Notes: a model not told the origin generated them from the sequence alone. A DNA stretch of 64,000 bases from Phoronis australis (GCA_002633005.1 NMRA01000762.1:96562-160561), one strand, 5' to 3'; counted from the first letter of the stretch, positions 1-12,815 are shown. Translations and numbers: made by a program.

Positions 1-1977
1 GACGGGAGAGACCACAAGCTATTCGATTGTGAACTTCACCGGAGAAACCAAATTTGATGGAAAGAGAGATTAATTCCTATTCATCGGAAGTAACAAGTAA
101 CAACTCATCGCCTTAATAAATGACCAGCTGCAGAAAGTGGGATGCACAGTCGTTCAGACAGAAAGGGACGCTGATGTGGACACTGCAAAAAGACAGCAGT
201 TAACAATACAATAATGCATTCCACCCCAGTAATCGGGGAGGAACTGACGTGTTGATGCCTTTGCTCTATTACTACATGACTGACGGGACCAATCTGAAAG
301 TATATGACATAAATTGGATGAAGTGTGTGCTCGGGATTATGTTGTGTAGCCAGCTACTATTCCTGAACTCCTTCACAGGATGCGACTCAACGTCTCGTGT
401 GTATGGCGTTGGAAAGAAATCACTCAGAACCTCGTGAAAGACGACCAAGTCCTTCAGACGTTCGCAGAAAGGTGTGAGGACCGCTGAGATGGAGGAACTT
501 GGGAGTCAAGCGATGGCCGCAATGTTTAGTAGGCAGAGAACGTGTTCTATGGCAGCCATGGGTTACAACACATTCACTAAGAAGTTTGCTGCTGCTAAGC
601 TTTCGTTGCTCCCGAACGTCTTCCACCAACGGTATCAGCTACCAGGTTTCATTGTCTCCGAGTGTACTACCAGGTCATGGTTTGGATGGGGATGGCAAAT
701 GACATGGATCCTCTAGACTGGGAATGGAGACTTGAATACAATCGATTCATACCCATCACGACTGCCTTGAATGCTGCATCAGACACCCTCCTGAACATGA
801 TACACTGCAACTGCACTGCAGCTTGTACTACTCTCCGTTGCAGTTGCAGAAAGAATGGGCTTGCATGTACTCGTGCATATGGGTTGTGCCAAGCGACATA
901 TTGTGACAATCCGCTGAATCAAGTCTCTGAGCAACGTGAAGATAGTGATAAAGATTGAACTGAGGTACTACGTGTAATGAACATAACATCCTTGGAAGAA
1001 AATGTAACCTAAGCGATCATGCGTCGTGTCGACGAATAAATATTTTACTGGCTGGCACCTGGTGTTCAGTCATTTTGATACTGACAGTTACTTTTTAAGT
1101 AAAGAGAATTTTTTTTGCAAGTTTAAGTTATTGATAATAATACAACCTATACAACCTTGGCACACATTCTCTGTCAGCGCATTTCAAACGCTGTAGTTCA
1201 TTAGTTTGCAGTTAGGACTTTGTGTAAAACATTTTGTAATAAACCTCAAATTATTCTTTCTCAGTACTTGAGAACACCTTCTATTCTTTACTTCGCAAAA
1301 TGTAGCACCCAACCGACAAAACATTTTTTCTGACACAACCCTTGAAAAGACACTCTTGAGTAAATTGTGTCCCAATCTTCGATGATGACACTTTGTAAAC
1401 TATAATTATGTAAGGTAATTTGGCATTGATTTTTAGAGTGACAAAAGTAGCTTTCCCGTCCTGGAGTGAAAACACAGAGTATCAGTAGATTTTTTATCTG
1501 TACTGACAATAGATTAATATACACATGTGCAAAATTTCGTGCAATTTTAATGAACGATTTGTTGAAAAAAAAGTTAAAGTTCGAAACGTTTTTGGCCACC
1601 CGATATAATGGACAAATAGTGATTGATTTTTCCTTCTTGAATTTTTAGCCGTTATCTTGAATTTCATATCAAATACTGATCATATCTGCGAGTTTCTCAT
1701 CTAGTAAAATCATAGACTAGAACCAAAACTCATCTCTCTATCACAATTATTGAAGAAGTTATCGCTGTTTTAGGGGTTTTAATACGTCGTACGTGGCGGC
1801 TATCTTGGAAATGACGCAATTTTAACCCATTTCCGGTGGTCAGATTTTGGTAGACTTTTTCCCTGTTCATAAGTATACTCAGTAGGGCATTAAACCACTG
1901 TAAAACCTTTTGTTGCAATTTGTTGTGGGTCACGTGGTATGTTGACGCGTTTTTCCGAGTCCAAATTGCGTCATCTA
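1..1977 (+). mobile_element. 3' part of a degenerate Academ (AcademX-like) DNA transposon; frameshifted C-terminal XPG/H3TH-like nuclease + Cys-rich zinc finger at about 1-958
   Basis: Broken frames give ADVD.., FTGCDSTSRVYGVGKK (H3TH-like GCD motif), RVYYQVMVWMG..DPLDWEW and MIHCNCTAACTTLRCSCRKNGLACTRAYGLCQATYCDN (Cys8-type finger), stop at 956-958. Structured subterminal DNA follows and ends ...CCAAATTGCGTCATCTA at 1977 (Academ elements end TAG..CTA). Family call is from recognition of motifs only. Confidence 0.6.
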
Positions 1978-2125
1978 GTGCCATGACGCATCATCACTAA
2001 ACACACGAATTGGACATCCGTAATTACACATCGTTGATTTTACAACGGACTTGTGAAACACTCAACAATTGCAATGGCGTGACCTAAAATAGCATAGTGT
2101 CAGTGCATGACCGTTGCTATCTAAC

Positions 2126-2490
2126 GGTGACTGAGCTCGATATCTCAATTCTGTCTTTTTATTGGTGACTGACTCTCAACTCTACCTATTCAGCAGTGAC
2201 TGAGCTCGTCAGCTCGATATCTCAACTCTACTTATTTAGCGGTGACTGAGCTCGATATCTCAACTCTGCCTATTAATTTAGCGGTGACTGGCTCTCAACT
2301 ACCTATTCAGCATTGACTGAGCTCGATATCTCAACTCTACCTATTCAGCATTGACTGAGCTCGATATCTCAACTCTACCTATTCAGCATTGACTGAGCTC
2401 GATATCTCAACTCTACCTATTTAGCAGTGACTGAGCTCGATATCTCAACTCTAACTATTTAGCAGTGACTGAGCTCGTGTCTCAACTCAG
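2126..2490. repeat. Minisatellite, about 38-39 bp unit GTGACTGAGCTCGATATCTCAACTCTACCTATTYAGCA, about 10 copies
   Basis: Directly visible head-to-tail repeats with no unique spacers. Confidence 0.92.
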
Positions 2491-3547
2491 CAGATTTAGC
2501 CTAACTCGAAGTAGTCCTCCTACTTGCACATTCATCTGCCTCACTCTGATGTCACAGAATGTTGAAAGTTTTCATTAATGTTAATAACACTGCATCTTAT
2601 GACTCTCGAAAAACGGTAACACATACTCCTACAACAAAAGACAGCTTTCCAACAGAATATGGGGAAACTGAAGGTTCCCTGCAATTAAGAAAACGACGTG
2701 GTTTTGGGATAAGTAACAAACCCAATTTCTCTGAAAAACGGAGGCCGAGTCTGTGGCGCACAAATGACAGTTCGTTGTTGCTTGACCGTAGACGGAGACA
2801 GTAGAGAGTTTGTTAATGTCTTTGCGGTAGACATTACAAGTTGACTTGTCAAGGCGTGTCATTTTATTCGCGTAGCATGGCCTCGAGCAATAAGCCTAAC
2901 GATCAGTGCCAGTTCATCGTGCGACCAAAAATCACTTTTCATCTGAGTCAAAGTGTTAAATGGTCTAAATCGTAACTGCTGAATGAACAATGCATGAAGT
3001 CTGCGAACTGGAAGTATGAGCGTGGATTTAACAGCGATATCCTACTCAATACCCGCGACAGTTGACGTTCGAAAAGATCAATGTGACACGCCGCATTACG
3101 TTCCATTCGGAATTGGTTGCTAACAGCAACCAACTCTTTGGATCGTTCTCGTCGGGTATTTTGCTAATGAAATTCAGGCGGTAACCTTACGCATCGAGTA
3201 ACTAGGACGTCTTTTTAATCAATTAAATTCTTCCTCAAAACATTCACTAACTTATCTAAAGTTAGTCCCTTGCGAACAACGAATACATAATGCAGTAGGT
3301 GTTGAATTCTAATAACGGCTTGCATTTTATTAGGCACAACAACTTATATAAAACAGCAACACCGGATGTTGGCATAAAAAAACAATTGCAAGCTGTCTCG
3401 TACACGTTGTACCGGACGTGCGCAGGCCGCTCAAATGGGCTCATTCAGCACTGATTACTTGAAACCATTTTTATGCCTTTACCTATATATATCCATGGTA
3501 GCAAGTAGCAGCATATATTAAAGAAAACAACAATGGTTTTAAGTCGA

Positions 3548-3592
3548 CTTGACACGTTTCGGTGTCATTTGTTCAAACACCATCATCAGAAG
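3548..3592 (-). ncRNA. Minimal type-I hammerhead-ribozyme-like motif (Penelope-type remnant)
   Basis: Minus strand reads ctt-CTGATGA-T-GGTGT-ttgaacaaatg-ACACC-GAAAC-GT-GTC-aag: both core boxes, 5-bp stem II, 3-bp stem I, minimal stem III. Confidence 0.4.
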
Positions 3593-4075
3593 AGAGAATG
3601 TAGTGGCCACATAGCTAGGCCCAGCAACAAGTAATGAAGTACAGATATTCAGTTACAGTCACTCCCAGGACACCAATCACGCTAGGCCATGCTGCCTCAT
3701 CGTGTATGCGCAGTGTTAACACATAGGCTATATATTACCTTCTTTTCCTGTAGGCCTAAAAGCGTTGTGGCTTGTAAACAAAGAATAAATCTATTTCTGA
3801 TTTGTTTTGAGTAATTAATGACCTCTAAAGCAAATGAGTACTTTTCCATTTTTCAGCATTTTCAATAATTAACTAATGACTACACAACTGAAATAATTGC
3901 TTAAAAATGAGGACGGATTAAAAAGTGCTTATTTTGCATCACATTTGCAAGACGATTGATGAAGGCAATCGGCACTGAAACAAAATAATATTTTCTCGTC
4001 TATGTTGCGGCCATACAGTCGATTTGACATGAAATTATAAAGCCAAAATTTATGAAGCGATTCTAACCGATCGAC

Positions 4076-4760
4076 TTGCCTACTCTTAGTCCAGCCCTTC
4101 CCCCCTCCACACCATACCCGTCCCATACTTTTCCTTGCCTTATTTGTCTTCCCTTCCTCCCCGTCCTACCTTCCCAGCTTCTCACAACGCTACCTATCTC
4201 CTCTTTCCTCCCCCCTACTTCCGCTCAACCCTTCCTATCCACTCTCCACGTTTTATTTTCCCCCACTTATCCTACCGCCGCTGATTCTCCCGTCCTTCCT
4301 ATCCATTCTTTCTCCCGTCTTCTCCTTCCCAGCCTACCTCGCCCTCATCTACTCATACGTTATGCGTCTTCTTCAACTTTCGCTCCAGACCTCCTAACCC
4401 CTCCTTCCTCCCGTGATCTACTTCTCACCTTACCTGCACCAGCTGTTCCCAAATGCTTCCTATTTGTTCCCTCTCCCATCCTCTTCTTTCTGGCTTACCT
4501 TGCTCTCTTCTCCCAAGGCATTCTTCCGTCTTCTTCCCTTTCCCATTCTCAGCCCTCGCTTCTCCCAGCCCTTCTCCCTTTTCCCCTTCCTATCCTGTTT
4601 AACCCGTTTCTCCCAATATACTTAATGTCTCATTCCTCTCGCCTCCTTTCTTTTAGTTCCCATTGCCTCTAGATATCCTCGTTCGCACTGGCTCTACTTC
4701 TAATTCCCAGCTTACCTCTTCTAGTGCTCCATACCGTTCTCTTTCCTTTCCCATCCTATT
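4076..4760. repeat. Pyrimidine-rich (CT-rich) low-complexity tract
   Basis: About 680 bp strongly C/T biased on + strand; gives a Pro/Ser/Leu/Phe ORF without domain features. Confidence 0.8.
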
Positions 4761-5556
4761 TCCGGTCTTGAGTACTTCTTTCGAAGAATCTGTTGGCTTT
4801 TGTCTTTCGGATAAAATCAGTCTTAACTTGTTTCATGAAACAGGCTAAGGCTGAAAAACAAATGACCTGTCTACCACTCAAGGTCAATAGACAGAAGATG
4901 AAATGTTTTAAGAAGCACAAAAGACAAAACAAATCAACTTTTGGCTATTCGTAGTCAGATTTCTGACTTTTGGTTAAAATCAAAAGTTTCCTTGAGAAAC
5001 AGGCCCCAGGACTCTCAATTATTTCCTTTAGCGTTGTTCTCTCAGCACATGTACGTACATCTTGTGCCACACCAGTGGTACGATAACAGCAGTTACAAGT
5101 AACGTGAAATATCAGTTTGTGGAGTAGAATTTCCTGTAGATAAGCGCCATTACCAAAATAAGGAGAGCAAACAGACAAACGTCGTATTTTTGGCAGAAAG
5201 CTCTGTCATCGTGTCCTTGAGCCTAGTACCTAAATTTTCTAATTCGCCCGGGCTTGTTTTCCGGTATGGAAACCACACTCGTGATGTACGTCGAAACGTC
5301 ATAGTGGCGTAAAATAACCGTAGAAACGGAAATATTTCATAAAGCGGTCAAAGAATTCTCTCATGATTAGTCTTCTCACATTCAAAATGCTCATACCCAT
5401 ACGCACAAACGTCGTCTTCAGTGCACAAAACTTAACGTGAATGCACGAGACATAACATGACACTTTACGTAAGTCCAGTTCCTTTGGGTACTATGGCGAG
5501 AGCGCCCGCTTATATGGCGAAATATCTGTAAAATTTGCCTAACTATTTGGTGGGAC

Positions 5557-5810
5557 AACTATTATCAAAATCTCTTGGTCTGTTTACACCGACCTCTTGT
5601 CTCTTTACACTGTAACGACGTTTCGATCGGTCTATTCTCCGGCCATCACCAGGTGTTCCTGCGTTCTTAGAAGAACGAGCACGGATATGTGGTACACTCA
5701 TCATGGTGTGATTTTTTGCCTAAGCCGGAGAATAGACCTACCGAAACGTCGTTACAGTGTAAATAGACAAGAGGTCGGTGTAAACAGACCAAGAGATTTT
5801 AATAATAGTT
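5557..5810. mobile_element. Fold-back element with about 87-bp inverted arms (5557-5643 / 5724-5810); Penelope-pLTR-like or MITE
   Basis: AACTATTATCAAAATCTCTTGGTCTGTTTACACCGACCTC...TATTCTCCGGC mirrored by GCCGGAGAATAG...CCAAGAGATTTTAATAATAGTT; arms carry CGAAACGTCG. Confidence 0.7.
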
Positions 5811-6805
5811 CTAACACACCACCAGCTCAGAACGGTTTTAGACAGTTACTTAGTGGGAGCACACAATTTTTGTTGTTTGTTTGGGTACGTCCATTAACCT
5901 GAAAATGTGTGTGTGACCAGGATCAGACTTAAGCTAGCCTCGGCACACAACACGACCGGGCACAGCCCTACAGTCACAGGGTCCTACAAAAATGTTTCGT
6001 TTAGAAAACTCGTGATTACGTTTACGTATAGTAGAGGGTTGTGCCGACAGGAAGCAGACCCAAGAGCAAAATTCTCTGCATGTGTAGTAGAATACGTACT
6101 TACGAACGCAGTGGAAGTTGTTGTTTTTCTGAGAAACACTTGCGGGCGAACTGCTTTGTGCTCGCATTTGACGTGCTTGATGTAAACTTGAGTGGGCGAG
6201 CAGCTGTTTACGATAATTCTATGACGTATTTCGTAAGATTCGTCGAATCATAGATTAAAACTTGAATTCTTAATCTATGCTTAATGCGCTTAAATGCATC
6301 TATGCGATTGTGAAGGTGACATACATTTGCTGAAATCTTAGAATTGGAGAGTAATTCCTAGAATTGCATGCATGTAACTAACTAGTGTCGAGCTTATCTC
6401 GGTGATAATCACGTCGGCGTATTGAAATCAAGCAAAATAACTGGAATTCTTTCGGTCAATGCTATATCAATGACTTGTAAAAAAGGGTTCGATTGATCCT
6501 CAAACATCTGAATTGCCAGCAATCAAAATCTATTTTTACAATTTCCAAATACTTAAGGATAACTTATAAACCAGCTGTTCAACGATAATTGAGAAACCTA
6601 AGTCACGTTCTCTCTCCGCCATAAACCTCTAGTGTGCATTTCTGCAAATCTGCCTAAGCGCTAAATAAAACTAAACGTTTTAATCTGCCAAAGCCATGGG
6701 AAATCAAAAGCCTTAAAAATGCTGATCTGGTACGTGCCACCTCAAATAACTCGCACTTTTGCCATGTATAAGCGCGATTAATAATCGAACAAGGATAGTG
6801 CAATA

Positions 6806-8494
6806 ATTGCATTAAAAATCCACGAAGATTGACGTCTACATAAGTTACAAATAAATTTAATAAACAGGAAACATTACTGGCAATACAGACGAAAAAAAAA
6901 CAACGAATTTTTGGGGTTACTGAAGAATGGGATAGTCCTCCAAGTTATTAGCTTTGACAGCGTTTTTGCGATTTTATTACAAATCACCGGTTCTCGCTGG
7001 TGTCTGTCGGAAATTCGCTGAAATCCAAGCCGGTGACTTTATCAGATAAATGCCTTGAAAATAATAAAATAGTCTGGCATTTACCGACTGGGATTTAGCT
7101 TTCACAACACAGCGACCTCGATGGATCCGAAAGCGCTGGCGCTGATCTCCTCAGATGATGTCCCTTTTATTTAGTCTGACACAAACGTTTGGCGACGTCT
7201 AAAAATAGGTCAGCTCAAATAATCAGACCATTTCTTAGCCATTGGCGGGTATAAGTGAATGGAAGTTTAATCGTTGGCGAAAGAATCCCTCGCCCAGTAA
7301 TGCCTACAACTACCGAACTATTGTGCAGACGTGGTAACTACAGTTTAGTCAGTGAACAGCCAAGACACAAATTTACTGTGCGCAATAAGGTTTGTTAATG
7401 GAGCGGCCAGCTGGTCCCCCAACTAATTTTTATTCATTTGTAACACGACCATTCAGTCAAAACAATAGGCTCAACGTACAGTTTCTAGCACTACTACATA
7501 AGCGCAGTTAAAAACATGTCCTCATGTTTTGGTGATCTTTTGCAAGTCTTGTAGAGGGCGAAAGTTCTCCGGTAGGGTGAACAACCAATTCACGCGCATT
7601 TCCCAAGTAAAGCCCCAATCCCATATAGGAGTCATATCAATTGACATGGNATTGCATTAAAAATTCACGAAGATTGACGTCTACATAAGTTACAAATAAA
7701 TTCAATAAACAGGAAACATTACTGGCAATACAGACGAAAAAAAAACAACGAATTTTTGGGGTTACTGAAGGATGGGATAGTCCTCCAAGTTATTAGCTTT
7801 GACAGCGTTTTTGCGATTTTATTACAAATCACCGGTTCTCGCTGGTGTCTGTCGGAAATTCGCTGAAATCAAAGCCGGTGACTTTATCAGATAAATGCCT
7901 TGAAAATAATAAAATAGTCTGGCATTTACCGACTGGGATTTAGCTTTCACAATACAGCGACCTCGATGGATGCGACAGCGCTGGCGCTGATCTCCTCAGA
8001 TGATGTCCCTTTTATTTAGTCTGACACAAACGTTTGGCGACGTCTAAAAATAGGTCAGCTCAAATAATCAGACCATTTCTTAGCCATTAGCGGGTATAAG
8101 TGAATGGAAGTTTAATCGTTGGCGAAAGAATCCCTCGCCCAGTAATGCCTACAACTACCGAACTATTGTGCAGACGTGGTAACTACAGTTCAGTCAGTGA
8201 ACAGCCAAGACACAAATTTACTGTGCGCAATAAGGTTTGTTAATGGAGCGGCCAGCTGGTCCCCCAACTAATTTTTATTCATTTGTAACACGACCATTCA
8301 GTCAAAACAATAGGCTCAACGTACAGTTTCTAGCACTACTACATAAGCGCAGTTAAAAACATGTCCTCATGTTTTGGTGATCTTTTGCAAGTCTTGTAGA
8401 GGGCGAAAGTTCTCCGGTAGGGTGAACAACCAATTCACGCGCATTTCCCAAGTAAAGCCCCAATCCCATATAGGAGTCATATCAATTGACATGG
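6806..8494. repeat. 844-bp near-identical tandem duplication (6806-7649 / 7651-8494) across a single N; probable haplotype/contig-overlap assembly artefact
   Basis: Both copies start ATTGCATTAAAAAT and end ATCAATTGACATGG, differ by a handful of substitutions, and join exactly at the N at 7650. Confidence 0.9.
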
Positions 8495-9264
8495 ATCACA
8501 TCCGGCACGATACGGCGTATGAAACGTGTAGCCGCCTGGTGATGGTCCGTGGTGATCACTGTTGATTCTGGAATGTCCTTGATGCCCTTGGGCCAGGCGG
8601 TGCCGTCATATCATGGCCTGGGGCCTGAAGGATGTCGTAAGTCCAACCACACTTTTCGAGGGACAATGACCGCAAGTTATGACGGCGTTTTGGTCGTGTT
8701 CGTAGGCCCCCTAAATCCGCTTATGGACAGCCATAGGGTGCACTTAACATCACCTCCTTTACAATGCGAGTGATGTAAGACCGGAGGTCTGGGCTTCCCT
8801 GTCGGGATGCGCGCCTGCGAAAAACAAACACGCCAATGCTACTTTTGCCAGTAATGCTTATTGTCTTCATCACAAGAGGAGTGCCAGATAAAAGCAGTGA
8901 CGATGACGTCAGTACGTGTAACGGTAATATAGACAGCCCGTCAGAAACCCGCGACGTCAATTGTTTGCCAACAGATGTAGAGACAAACTGTTGAAATAGT
9001 TACCAATTAAAGTTGAAGTGATGGGAATCTCATCTATGAGACGCTGACATATATTAAATCGAGTGTTTCCTATGAGAAAGAAAACATTAAAGCGTGTGCC
9101 AAATAAAGTTCGAACCGTAGTCTAATAACATGATTTTTTCTATACTGGAAGTTATGAATCAACGATCGCATCGTTCATAGTAATAAGCTACACTTATCTT
9201 TGATAATTTATATTTCAGATGAAATGATCATTGGGAACAGAGAGAATCGTTTAGTGATTAAGAG

Positions 9265-10692
9265 ATGGCTACAGTTCGCAGCAAACACGACCGTGAACGA
9301 ATCGAGTCCATCTTTCAAGCCACTCGCAGTAGTAACAGTAATGTAGACAACGCAAAAACCAAGAAGACCCACTTCAGCAACCGGGACATCCTACCAAATC
9401 AAATGTCGATACCAAAGAGTCCAACCATCGAAAGCAAGTGGATTGTTGAAGATTTCTGCTACAACCCGTCCGTACAAAGCGCAATTGTACCAACGAGTCC
9501 TCTCCAACTGATAACACCAGACGGCACTTCTTCCGACACTCATCCAAATTTTTTTCTGCCGAGCCGCGGTGATTGCGTGAAGTTGCCACTGACTCGGCAG
9601 TCGAGTCATCCCCAATCACACGTTTCTGGAGACAAGGCTAAGACGGTGGTTACAAGACAATCGAGCGTACATTTAGGAGGTTCAGTCGTCAAGGAGGGGT
9701 TGCGAAAGAAGGTGAACCCGTCGTCAGGATCGTGCCCAAATTTACACGCACAGCTATCACCGAACTTTCGCCCGCGCAACCCGACTGATAGGATGACTAG
9801 AGAAGAGCGGTGCAGTCGGTCGGCAATGTCCGAGATAGTGTCAGTGCAGTCCCTAAACGTTCCCGACATCTTTACCACGTCTTTCACGTACAACATGAAG
9901 GCCGGGCCGACCAGTTCTAAAATAAGTCCAACCGCAAGCGCTCGAGTTGATAAAACACGACCCGGTACTCAGCGGCAGAGCAATGAAAGAGTCTCATTGA
10001 CGTCCGAAGATGGCCGCTGGTCGAACACGTCTATGGTATCGTTGACCAATGTAGAAATGGATTACGACTTGCAAATGAACGATATCACACCCACCATACA
10101 ACGCTGTCCAACCACCGAAGGCTTATATCACCGCGATGCATACATGTCTCAAATAGTAGACTTCCTCTATATAGGGAGTGTCCAAGCTGCGTACAATGCA
10201 TATATACTGTGCAAACTGGACATTCAAAGCGTTGTGGATCTTACCAACATGACCACTGCCGAAGAACACATATTCAAGACCAGGACAGTCCCATGCTTAT
10301 GCCCTTTGCAGGGAAACCACGCGCGTTCCCGTCTCCGCCTGACAATAAATGACCGAAGCGAAGAAGATTTCTCGCTTTATTTCCCGGATATTAACAAGTT
10401 CATCGAGGGGAATCGCAAGAAACAGAAGACTATATTGATATACAGTTACCATGGTAGTTCGCGAGCACCGACAGCAGTTATCCAGTATCTTATGCAGTAC
10501 CAAGGTATGTCACTCAACGCAGCTTATGGCCTGATGAAAAGTCGCCGGTCGAACCTCAGGATCAACCGCGGATTCCAGCGTTTACTGGAATCATTGGAGA
10601 AACAGTTGAATCCGAACAAGACTGCATCCCTGGCTTTTAGATCTGACAGTTTCAATGACAGTAAAGGCAGAGTGAACGCTTGGACCCAATGA
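9265..10692 (+). CDS. Dual-specificity phosphatase-like protein (DSPc domain at C-terminus, long Ser/Thr/Pro-rich N-terminus), 475 aa; probable pseudophosphatase
   Basis: Uninterrupted ORF with in-frame TAA just upstream of the ATG. DSP-fold motifs MSQIVDFLYIGS, IQSVVDLT, INDRSEEDFSLYFPDINKFIE, SRAPTAVIQYLM, AYGLMKSRR..INRGFQRLL. Signature loop is YSYHGSSR instead of HCxxGxSR. Acceptor TATTTCAG at 9218 suggests a 5'UTR intron. Confidence 0.9.
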   Translation: MATVRSKHDRERIESIFQATRSSNSNVDNAKTKKTHFSNRDILPNQMSIPKSPTIESKWIVEDFCYNPSVQSAIVPTSPLQLITPDGTSSDTHPNFFLPSRGDCVKLPLTRQSSHPQSHVSGDKAKTVVTRQSSVHLGGSVVKEGLRKKVNPSSGSCPNLHAQLSPNFRPRNPTDRMTREERCSRSAMSEIVSVQSLNVPDIFTTSFTYNMKAGPTSSKISPTASARVDKTRPGTQRQSNERVSLTSEDGRWSNTSMVSLTNVEMDYDLQMNDITPTIQRCPTTEGLYHRDAYMSQIVDFLYIGSVQAAYNAYILCKLDIQSVVDLTNMTTAEEHIFKTRTVPCLCPLQGNHARSRLRLTINDRSEEDFSLYFPDINKFIEGNRKKQKTILIYSYHGSSRAPTAVIQYLMQYQGMSLNAAYGLMKSRRSNLRINRGFQRLLESLEKQLNPNKTASLAFRSDSFNDSKGRVNAWTQ

Positions 10693-12815
10693 ATAGCATT
10701 TAAATTGCACTAAACTTCGCGCTTTCTGACAACTTAAGCAACCAGGTTTTGATTTAGGCCACGTGCTGCTATAAAATCGGTCTCATCTTGTGCATTACTA
10801 AGATTAAAAATGGTTTCTAGGCTTGAGAACTGACAAGCCGTTATTGCTTATGACCACGCCCATTAAATGGCTGTCAAGGTCGAGCAGTTGGTGTGACCAA
10901 GGCAGCATGGCCGTCGCCGGGGGTGTATTCCAAGCGATTTATCCGATTGAAAAAGTTAGATTGCGATGGCGTTTTCTTTGAAAAGGAAATACACGTGAGG
11001 TAAAGGGTGATGTTTTGAACACCAACAGCGCCAAACTGTCGTCAAAATCGTGATGTCTGGATCAATATATTCTTGCGTTTGAAATCCCAGAACTGTAAAA
11101 CCCTAAGTTCACAAGGACGTGCCCATAGAGGTGACGATTCAGAAATGACTTTAACAAAGAGACGCCGGTAAAGTTTATAACTGTGACAAAAGTAAATAAT
11201 ACACAGGAATGGCGACTGACAAACACGATTGCTGAAGAAAGCCTTAAGCGGCTTCATAAAATCAAAAATATAGATAAAATTTGAGCTTGGAAAGTTTTTG
11301 TTTCAAAACTAAAAGAGCAACGAAGAGCGCTGATATGTGCCCGCAGCATGCATCTAAAAGGCAGATAAAGGGTGTTCATCTTTTCAAAAACTTCCACGGC
11401 AGCCGGATCCATTTTAAATTAAAATCAATCGTGCTCTCCTCATTAGGTCAATTTTCAAAAGATCCGTTGAAAAAAAATAGAAATTAAAAGTAAACTAAAC
11501 AATTTTTTGTCGAGTTCACCAAAGGCTCGTTCTTTCACCTGAGCGATAAAAGCATTATTCATCACCCAAGACACTTTCCACTTATCTTAAATTAGATTTT
11601 ACGTTTTGAAGTAGGCAGTCTTCCCCACTGCCAGTCGCCGTTTAACTCGCCTAAAGCGTTAGTCACGTTGCTCCAAACTCACGACGTACACGGGCCATTA
11701 CTTCATATTGAACACGAAGTCGTAGTTGGAATTTTTTATAATAGCAGATGCATTGCAATTTGCCATTAGGGTTGCCACAGTAGTCGCACCAGTCCAAAAA
11801 TTAACACCAGCAATGCTTTACTCAATGGAGACCCATACTCTAAATTCCATGAAGAATCATCAAAGAATTTGAGTTCACAGATAATGACCTAGACGCAACG
11901 AAAACCCAAACAGCCACAAGGGGGCACCAGAGTAGTCTGATATGTCTAAAACTTAACAACAGACGTTCTCACTCACCATAAAGATCCATCAAGGAACTCA
12001 ATATGAGCTAGGCACACTAAATAAAACTGCCACGGCGGAACGCCACGGTGAGTCGGAACTGTCAGAAAATCAGGTGCACAGAGAAACGCTCTTAAAAATA
12101 CCATCACACACGCCAAAAGGGCCACCAAAGAACTTGATAGGCAACAAAGCAAATGCAAATAAAACCAGGGTACGCCACAATAGGTCTGCCCGAAATTTAA
12201 TGCCGTCCATCCTTCAAGCGCTTTGGTGGATAGAGAGACTGAGACCAAAAACAGTGAAAATTGCCACTAGCTGACAAACATTATGTTGAATCCATTCGAA
12301 AATACGTCTCTTTAACATAGAGCGGCCTAATTTTACGAAAACACAGCATGGAACTTGGCAAATACAGAGACATACGTAAATAAAATCTAAATTGACACTA
12401 GCAAGGACGCGCCACAGTATTTCGACCATCGAAAACAACTTTGCTCATCTCATTGGAACATATCTGTTAATTATCCAAATGATCCTTCGAGCGGTTTAGA
12501 AGACTAGGAAGCCAAAATAAGTAAGTGGCCACTATGACCAGTCTCAGAAACGGAAACGTGTTGTCTTCTCTATAATAGCAATCTATTCACCAAATTTCTT
12601 GGAAATCTGTCAAGGCTGACTCCATAGATATAGAGGCTAACGTAAAAAAATAAAATTGCCACAATTATTAAGGGGGTCCCTGGAAATTCGGTTTTGCCAT
12701 CCCATTCGTAATAAGAACATTTTTGCAAAATTTTACAAAGAACAATCAAGGGGTTTTGAAGATGATAGCAGCAGATGGCAGATGGAAAAGGACGACGTCT
12801 TAATGAGGCCACATA

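Noticed and set aside
2126-2490. CRISPR-like array
   Set aside because: Head-to-tail units without unique spacers, eukaryotic context, no cas genes.
4076-4672. 198-aa ORF
   Set aside because: Non-ATG start in a C/T-rich low-complexity tract that lacks stops by composition.
6806-8494. Recent 844-bp tandem duplication or LTR pair
   Set aside because: Copies meet exactly at a single N and differ at allele-like levels; no TG..CA ends or internal region. Typical contig overlap.
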